Of a stretch of DNA of 64,000 bases, positions 58,337 through 64,000 are shown in pieces. Location: the NCBI GenBank assembly GCA_963663385.2, contig CAXXXD010000004.1, forward strand, positions 576,001 to 640,000, given 5' to 3'. The notes under the pieces were generated by a model, which ran no database searches, was not told the origin of the DNA, and saw nothing but the letters and a program-made list of their open reading frames with translations. Numbering within the stretch: the first letter of the stretch is position 1; every line of letters begins with the position of its first letter. Source of the stretch: Oceanispirochaeta sp. GTDB lineage: Bacteria; Spirochaetota; Spirochaetia; DSM-2461. A program made the position numbers and the translations under genes.

Positions 58337-58485
58337 GGGTTGGCCCAAAGGGCCAATACCAGCATTGCTTACAGCACATCTCCAATAATCAACATTCCTC
58401 CCCTCACCTTAGGTGGGGGGAGACCAAGATCCCCGAAGATCCCCGAAGATCCCCGAGCGAAGCCGAGGGGTCGGGGGGCGAGGGG
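58301..58485. repeat. REP-like repeats at the 3' end of rfbC
   Basis: ccctctccctttgggagaggggattaaggggtgagg (matches 20951 copy); cccctcaccttaggtgggggg; (aagatccccg)x3; ccccgagcgaagccgagggg. Confidence 0.85.
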
Positions 58486-58519
58486 TAAAGTGAGAGAAGA
58501 AGTAAAAGAGAGGACACAT

Positions 58520-59389
58520 ATGATCTGGATAATAGGAAATCATGGAATGCTTGGCAGGGAGCTCCAGGAATTATTGAGAAAGGAAGGCCTGGAAACCATC
58601 GGCACCGACCTGGAAGTAGATATTCTCTCCCGGCTGTCACTGGAAATACAGTTTCAAAAATGTCAGCCCGACTGGATAATCAACTGCTCCGCTTATACAG
58701 CAGTGGATAAAGCGGAAAACGACCGGGAGTATGCCTACAGAATAAACGAAGAGGGTGTGGGAAATATAGCCTGGGTGGCTCAGTCCCATAACGTTCCTCT
58801 GGTTCATATCTCTACGGACTACGTCTTTGACGGCACATCGGATATCCCCCTGACGGAATCAGCGGCCACCTCTCCCATCGGAGTTTACGGCGCCAGTAAG
58901 CTGGCCGGAGAAGAGCTGATCAGAAAAATGTGCAACAAGTACTTTATTATCCGGACCGCCTGGCTCTACGGGCAGTTCGGAACCAACTTTGTATACACCA
59001 TGCTGAACCTGATGAAAAGCAAACCGTCCCTGAAAGTAGTGAACGATCAGAAAGGGACGCCAACATGGACAAAAGATCTGTCCGGATTGATCAGCCGGAT
59101 AATCGGAAGTAATAGCAGAGACTATGGATTATACCACTTTTCGGGAGAAGGAGAGTGTTCCTGGTTTGATTTCGCATCGGAAATCTACTGTCAGGGCAGG
59201 GAAAAAGGCATGATTCAGAACGATTGTACAATCAGTCCCTGCTCCTCGGATGAGTACCCGACGGCTGCCAGAAGACCATCCTGCTCCCTTCTGTCAAAAG
59301 AAAAAGTTAAAACAAATTTTCAATTCGGCATAGCCCCCTGGGAAATATCGCTGAATCAGTTTCTGGAGGAAATAAAAGATGCCCAGTAA
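58520..59389 (+). CDS. rfbD: dTDP-4-dehydrorhamnose reductase
   Basis: GNHGMLG, SAYTAVDKAE, ISTDYVFDG, YGASKLAGE, RTAWLY, DQKGTPT; RBS GAGAGGA before ATG 58520. Confidence 0.96.
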   Translation: MIWIIGNHGMLGRELQELLRKEGLETIGTDLEVDILSRLSLEIQFQKCQPDWIINCSAYTAVDKAENDREYAYRINEEGVGNIAWVAQSHNVPLVHISTDYVFDGTSDIPLTESAATSPIGVYGASKLAGEELIRKMCNKYFIIRTAWLYGQFGTNFVYTMLNLMKSKPSLKVVNDQKGTPTWTKDLSGLISRIIGSNSRDYGLYHFSGEGECSWFDFASEIYCQGREKGMIQNDCTISPCSSDEYPTAARRPSCSLLSKEKVKTNFQFGIAPWEISLNQFLEEIKDAQ

Positions 59390-60458
59390 AAGAGACTTTA
59401 ACAATATCCTGGTTACCGGCGGAGCCGGATTCATCGGAAGCAATATGATCCGCTACCTGCTTAGCGAAACGGATTTCAACGGCAGGATCATCAACCTGGA
59501 CAAACTGACCTATGCGGGTAACGCTTCCAGCCTGGAAGATGTCCAGCAGCAATACCCCGATAGGTATATCCTCCAGCAGGGGGACATCTGCGATGCCGAC
59601 CTGGTTAAAACCCTGTTCCGCCTATACGAAATCGACGCGGTCTGCCACCTGGCCGCCGAGAGTCATGTGGACCGCTCCATCGAAGGACCCGAGGCTTTTA
59701 TTAAAACCAATGTAAACGGCACTTTTACCCTGCTGGATGCGGTCCGGAAAGCCTGGGACGGGGATTTTGAAGGGAAGCTCTTTCATCATGTTTCAACCGA
59801 TGAGGTCTACGGTTCTCTGGGAGAAACCGGGTATTTCCACGAAACCACACCCTACGATCCCCGCAGCCCCTATTCCGCCAGCAAAGCCTCCTCTGATCAC
59901 CTGGTAATGGCCTACTCTCATACCTACGGCCTGCCCGTTACCATAAGCAACTGCTCCAACAATTACGGCCCCTATCAGTTCCCCGAAAAACTGATCCCCG
60001 TAATGATCGAAAACATGCTGACAGGAAAACCCCTTCCTGTATACGGGGACGGAAGAAACATCCGGGACTGGCTCTATGTGGAGGATCACAACAGCGCCGT
60101 CTGGGCCATTATGCAGAAAGGGCGCCTGGGGGAGACCTACAATATCGGCGGGGAGAACGAGTGGAAGAATATCCGGCTGGTAAATACCCTTTGCGAAACG
60201 GTTGCCGATTTTCAGGGCGAGAACATTGATTATTACAAAAGGCTGATCTCTTTTGTGAAAGACCGTCCCGGTCATGACCAGAGGTATGCCATCAACTGCG
60301 ACAAACTGAAATCCGAACTGGGCTGGAAACAGTCTCTGAATTTTGAAGAAGGCCTTAAAAGAACGGTTCGCTGGTACCTGGAAAACCGGGCGTGGATCGA
60401 AAACATCAAATCCGGCGAATACATGAAATGGATGGAGCTGAATTATGCCGAACGCTGA
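59379..60458 (+). CDS. rfbB: dTDP-glucose 4,6-dehydratase
   Basis: TGGAGFIG, DKLTYAGN, AAESHVDRSI, STDEVYG, YSASKA, NNYGPYQFPEK, DRPGHD. Confidence 0.98.
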   Translation: MPSKRDFNNILVTGGAGFIGSNMIRYLLSETDFNGRIINLDKLTYAGNASSLEDVQQQYPDRYILQQGDICDADLVKTLFRLYEIDAVCHLAAESHVDRSIEGPEAFIKTNVNGTFTLLDAVRKAWDGDFEGKLFHHVSTDEVYGSLGETGYFHETTPYDPRSPYSASKASSDHLVMAYSHTYGLPVTISNCSNNYGPYQFPEKLIPVMIENMLTGKPLPVYGDGRNIRDWLYVEDHNSAVWAIMQKGRLGETYNIGGENEWKNIRLVNTLCETVADFQGENIDYYKRLISFVKDRPGHDQRYAINCDKLKSELGWKQSLNFEEGLKRTVRWYLENRAWIENIKSGEYMKWMELNYAER

Positions 60459-61452
60459 TATGGTGACCGTTGTCATCCCCAATTACAATTATAAAAGATT
60501 CCTTAAAAAGAGGCTTAACTCTGTTTTGAATCAGACCTGCAGGCATATGGATATCCTCTTTCTGGATGATGCCTCCGATGACGGAAGCGTCCCTTATGCG
60601 AGGCGTATACTGGAAAAAAGCGATATCCCCTACAGGATTATCCAAAACAGCAGTAATTCGGGATCTGTTTTTAAACAGTGGGAACGGGGCCTGGAACTTA
60701 CCAGGAGTGAGTTTATCTGGTTTGCCGAAGCGGATGATTACTGCGCCCCCGATTTTCTCGAAAAAGTAATGGCTCCCCTGAAAGAGGACCGGGACGTTGT
60801 CCTTTCCTATAGCGACTCCGCAGTTGTTAATGAAAGGGGAAGACCGGCTGTTCCCGGTTTTTACAAGGGTATACACGGAAACGTCCAATCCGGGAAGTGG
60901 GAATCCGATTATAGACGGAACGGAATCGAGGAAATAGAGGACTCTCTCGCGGTAAAAAATACCATACCCAATGCCTCGGCTGTGGTTATGAAAGTTTCCG
61001 CCCTGAAAGAAGCCGGCGGGATAGCCTCGGATATGGTGCTGAGTGGCGACTGGCTGACCTATATCCGTCTGTTGGGAGCCGGTAAAATCGCCTATACCGC
61101 CAGGTGCCTGAATACAAACCGGATCCATCCCCAAAGGGTAACAGCCGCAGAGGATAAGGGTTCTTTATATTTTCAGGAATCAGCCGGGATAATGAAAGAA
61201 GTATTATCCCGTTACAATATTACGGATGAAACAAGACGTAAGTACCTGTGGAACCTGATGGATCAGGCTCAGAGAAGAAACAACGGGTCTGTTGGCAGTA
61301 TTATGCCTGCTCTATATCAGATTTTTTCCGAATCTGCTGTAAAAGATGAGTATGCCCACTATCTTGCTGCAGCCAGTCAGGAAAAGGAGAGCAGCCGGAA
61401 GGACTTAATAATACCGCGGATTTACCGCCGCCTGAGGTATGTCCGGGTTTGA
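60445..61452 (+). CDS. GT2 family glycosyltransferase
   Basis: VVIPNYNY, LDDASDD, SGSVFKQWERG, WFAEADD, NTIPNASAV, GDW. Confidence 0.9.
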   Translation: MPNADMVTVVIPNYNYKRFLKKRLNSVLNQTCRHMDILFLDDASDDGSVPYARRILEKSDIPYRIIQNSSNSGSVFKQWERGLELTRSEFIWFAEADDYCAPDFLEKVMAPLKEDRDVVLSYSDSAVVNERGRPAVPGFYKGIHGNVQSGKWESDYRRNGIEEIEDSLAVKNTIPNASAVVMKVSALKEAGGIASDMVLSGDWLTYIRLLGAGKIAYTARCLNTNRIHPQRVTAAEDKGSLYFQESAGIMKEVLSRYNITDETRRKYLWNLMDQAQRRNNGSVGSIMPALYQIFSESAVKDEYAHYLAAASQEKESSRKDLIIPRIYRRLRYVRV

Positions 61453-62897
61453 ATGTACTGCTTCTGGGCTGGGCCGATCTGGATAAAGGAACCTCTGAAG
61501 GAGGCGGGTATAATCAGGTTGCCGGGGAACATGCCCTCTACCTGAAAAAAAAGGGCTTTAATGTTTACTACCTGCAAAGCGGAAGGCATTACAGTTATCA
61601 CTGGCTGTTTGGCTTAACCGGACGATTGGGGATTAAAAAAAAAACAAACTGGCAGGGAGTAGACTGCTACTATGTCAGGAACAGCCTGAACAGGGCCCCC
61701 TCTGTTATGAATCATCACAATCAACCCCCTCCGTTGTTTGAACGGGCACAGGACCGGGCAATCGTCAAGTGGATAAAGAGGAAAAATATCCATCAGGTTA
61801 TGATCCATTCTCTGGAGGGACAGGCTTTTTCTCTTATAGAACATATAAAACAGGAACTTTCCATAAATGTTCAGGTATTCTGCCATGATCACTACTATTT
61901 ATGTTCACGGGTTAATTTCCTTTATAGGGGACAGACACTGTGCAGTCAGCTTAGCTCTGATAAACACTGCAGCAACTGTGTACCCCAAACAGAGAACAGA
62001 AGGTATGAAATCAGCCGATATCTGGAACTATCGTCTTTTCCCTTATTAAGGAAACTGCATAAAATGATACTCCTGAAGAAGGAGAATCGGGAATCACAAA
62101 CAATCAAAAAAAGAGAAATCAAATCGATTCCTCTAAATGCCAACGAACAGCTTTTAAAACAAGTTAATCTTTTTAAAGCGGATGATTTCTTTACATTCAG
62201 AAGAAAGGCTGCCATTAAAGCTCTTTCCTGTGCTGATTACGTCTATACCCCATCAAGTTTTTTGGGCGGATTACTTAATCAAGCCCGTTTACAAAAGCAG
62301 AAAATCCATACAGTCAAAATCGGATTAGCTCATATGGATCATTTAAAAAAGATTGTGGAGAGCCGAAAGGTCTCCAATTCCGGTATACTGACTTTCTGTT
62401 TCAGGGGCTCCGATAGTCATCATAAGGGTGTTTCCGTCTTTTTGGATGCCATCACAAGGATGGATCCCGTTTTCAGGAAGAAATGCCGTTTTATTATTCG
62501 GGGTATGCAAAATCCGGAAAAATATGACTCCCTGCTGCAGAGCATCCCGGAGTTGAAAATTTATGGTCCCTATAGACCGGAAGAACTCCCCGGATTCATG
62601 AATGAATATCATATAGGCGTTCTCTCTCACATCTGGTTTGAAAATTCTCCTGTCACCATGCTGGAACACCTGGCTTCGGGGAAACCTGTTTTGGCAGCAA
62701 GGCTGGGGGGCGTTGTTGACTTTATCCGGGAAGGTGAAAACGGCTGGTTCTTCAGGCCTGGAGATTCTACGGATCTGGCTGCCAAAATGACGGAAATCGC
62801 CAATCTGAAACACATCCCCGAAGGAATCTCTTTAAGCAGGGAAATACCCCTGTCCAAAGATTTTTTCAACAGCCTGAACATAAACCAAGGAAAATAA
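61449..62897 (+). CDS. GT4 (GT-B) family glycosyltransferase
   Basis: HDHYYLC, HHKG, SHIWFENSPVTMLE, GGVVDFIREGENG; TTG start overlapping upstream stop. Confidence 0.85.
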   Translation: MNVLLLGWADLDKGTSEGGGYNQVAGEHALYLKKKGFNVYYLQSGRHYSYHWLFGLTGRLGIKKKTNWQGVDCYYVRNSLNRAPSVMNHHNQPPPLFERAQDRAIVKWIKRKNIHQVMIHSLEGQAFSLIEHIKQELSINVQVFCHDHYYLCSRVNFLYRGQTLCSQLSSDKHCSNCVPQTENRRYEISRYLELSSFPLLRKLHKMILLKKENRESQTIKKREIKSIPLNANEQLLKQVNLFKADDFFTFRRKAAIKALSCADYVYTPSSFLGGLLNQARLQKQKIHTVKIGLAHMDHLKKIVESRKVSNSGILTFCFRGSDSHHKGVSVFLDAITRMDPVFRKKCRFIIRGMQNPEKYDSLLQSIPELKIYGPYRPEELPGFMNEYHIGVLSHIWFENSPVTMLEHLASGKPVLAARLGGVVDFIREGENGWFFRPGDSTDLAAKMTEIANLKHIPEGISLSREIPLSKDFFNSLNINQGK

Positions 62898-62898
62898 A

Positions 62899-63120
62899 AT
62901 GATCTGGATCATAGGCAACAAAGGCCTTTTGGGCAAAGAAGTGGCCCAATACCTGGCCGAACAGGAACTCCCCATTATCGGAACAGACAAAGAAGTGGAC
63001 ATCCTCTCGCCCCTGGCCCTGAAACGGCATCTCAACAAGTATAACCCAGACCGGGAGGCATCCCTGAATGATTTTATACAAACTATAAGCGCTGAACACC
63101 TGAACAGATATAAAGGATAA
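62899..63120 (+). pseudogene. internally deleted rfbD remnant
   Basis: MIWIIGNKGLLGKE...IGTDKEVDILS...NPD matches the RfbD N-terminus (58520) and is joined directly to REASLNDFI, which matches the RfbD C-terminus WEISLNQFL. Confidence 0.8.
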
Positions 63121-63225
63121 CAGCCCCGGTCGTCCTATCCGAATGTGATTCTCACAGCCCTTTCCGGAAACAGCTTCAACACACCTTAACTATACTCTGA
63201 AAAATAAAACGAATGAGGATACTCC

Positions 63226-63900
63226 TTGAATATTGTACACCTTGAAAATGTAACAAAAACCTATCCCATGGGGGAGGTGAACGTAAAAGCCCTTCGCGGG
63301 ATTGATCTGACCATCCGGGAAGGGGACTTTGTGGCTGTGGCCGGTCCCTCCGGAGCAGGCAAAACCACCATTATGAATATGATCGGACTGATCGATCAGC
63401 CTACATCGGGAACCGTCCAAATCGCCGGGCAGGATACCGGTTCCCTGGATGACAGGGCGCTTACCGACCTCCGCAGGGAGAAGCTGGGATTTATCTTCCA
63501 GTCTTTCAACCTGCTCCCCGTACTGAATGTTTCCGAAAATATAGAGCTTCCCCTTCTGCTGGGAGATCATCCCCTTCCCGCAGCGGAACGAAAGGAGTGG
63601 GTGGATTATCTGACCGGGGAAGTGGGGCTGAGCCAGTGGAAAAATCACCGGCCCGGGGAGCTCTCGGGAGGACAGCGGCAGCGGGTCGCCATCGCCCGGG
63701 CGCTGGCCGGAAAACCCCGGATTGTCATAGCCGACGAGCCCACCGCCAATCTGGATTCCGCCACAGGGGCGTCCATTCTGAATTTGATGAAAAAGATAAA
63801 CGCCCGGCAGAAAACCACCTTTATTTTCTCCACCCATGATGAGGTTATCCGTAAAATGGCCGATCATGTGATACAGCTCCGTGACGGGCAGATTGTATGA
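63226..63900 (+). CDS. ABC transporter ATP-binding protein (LolD/MacB-like)
   Basis: GPSGAGKTT, GFIFQSFNL, LSGGQRQRVAIARAL, ADEPTANLD, STHD; TTG start after GAGGA. Confidence 0.93.
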   Translation: MNIVHLENVTKTYPMGEVNVKALRGIDLTIREGDFVAVAGPSGAGKTTIMNMIGLIDQPTSGTVQIAGQDTGSLDDRALTDLRREKLGFIFQSFNLLPVLNVSENIELPLLLGDHPLPAAERKEWVDYLTGEVGLSQWKNHRPGELSGGQRQRVAIARALAGKPRIVIADEPTANLDSATGASILNLMKKINARQKTTFIFSTHDEVIRKMADHVIQLRDGQIV

Positions 63901-64000
63901 TTTTCTCCCTGGCTCTGAGAAATCTGCGCCGCCATTACAGAAACTCCCTCCTCCTGATCCTTCTGTTTTCTGTTATTACAGCCCTGTTTTATACGGGAAA
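63897..64000 (+). CDS. N-terminus of FtsX/LolE-type ABC permease (partial)
   Basis: ATGA overlap; MIFSLALRNLRRHYRNSLLLILLF. Confidence 0.75.
   Translation, partial: MIFSLALRNLRRHYRNSLLLILLFSVITALFYTG

Noticed and set aside
58340..58519. N-terminal extension of rfbD and ORFs at 57329-57749
   Set aside because: They read through REP-like repeats; a proper RBS lies before ATG 58520

Overview
Chromosomal window from a free-living spirochaete (Spirochaetales, Oceanispirochaeta/Spirochaeta-like). That assignment is inferred from a FlcA-type flagellar collar gene and spirochaete-style signal peptides. Left half: aryl-acid metabolism operon (iorAB, two paaK, ACT protein, thioesterase), flcA, ilvE, manC, an APC permease-EIIA fusion, and a sugar-ABC/UroD-MtaA-family/YesMN cluster. 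Centre: an ABC-F ATPase, a RAYT-type HUH transposase bracketed by inverted arrays of a GGGGACGGAGG repeat next to tRNA-Cys, a divergent ligA, a DUF4143 ATPase, and a coupled HU + HU-(EP)n-TM-LysM gene pair (candidate nucleoid-to-peptidoglycan tether). A TauE/Rrf2 sulfur module with visible operator sites follows. Right half: a ~25 kb surface-glycan locus (Galf genes, cysD-cysQ-cysNC, wzm/wzt, rml genes). It contains a very AT-rich swapped cassette encoding a 1926-aa sulfotransferase/coiled-coil/multi-glycosyltransferase protein and two more sulfotransferase-like proteins, i.e. a candidate sulfate-capped, ruler-controlled ABC-exported glycan. All protein calls come from motif recognition by eye, and composition statements are visual estimates. 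No database searches were run.
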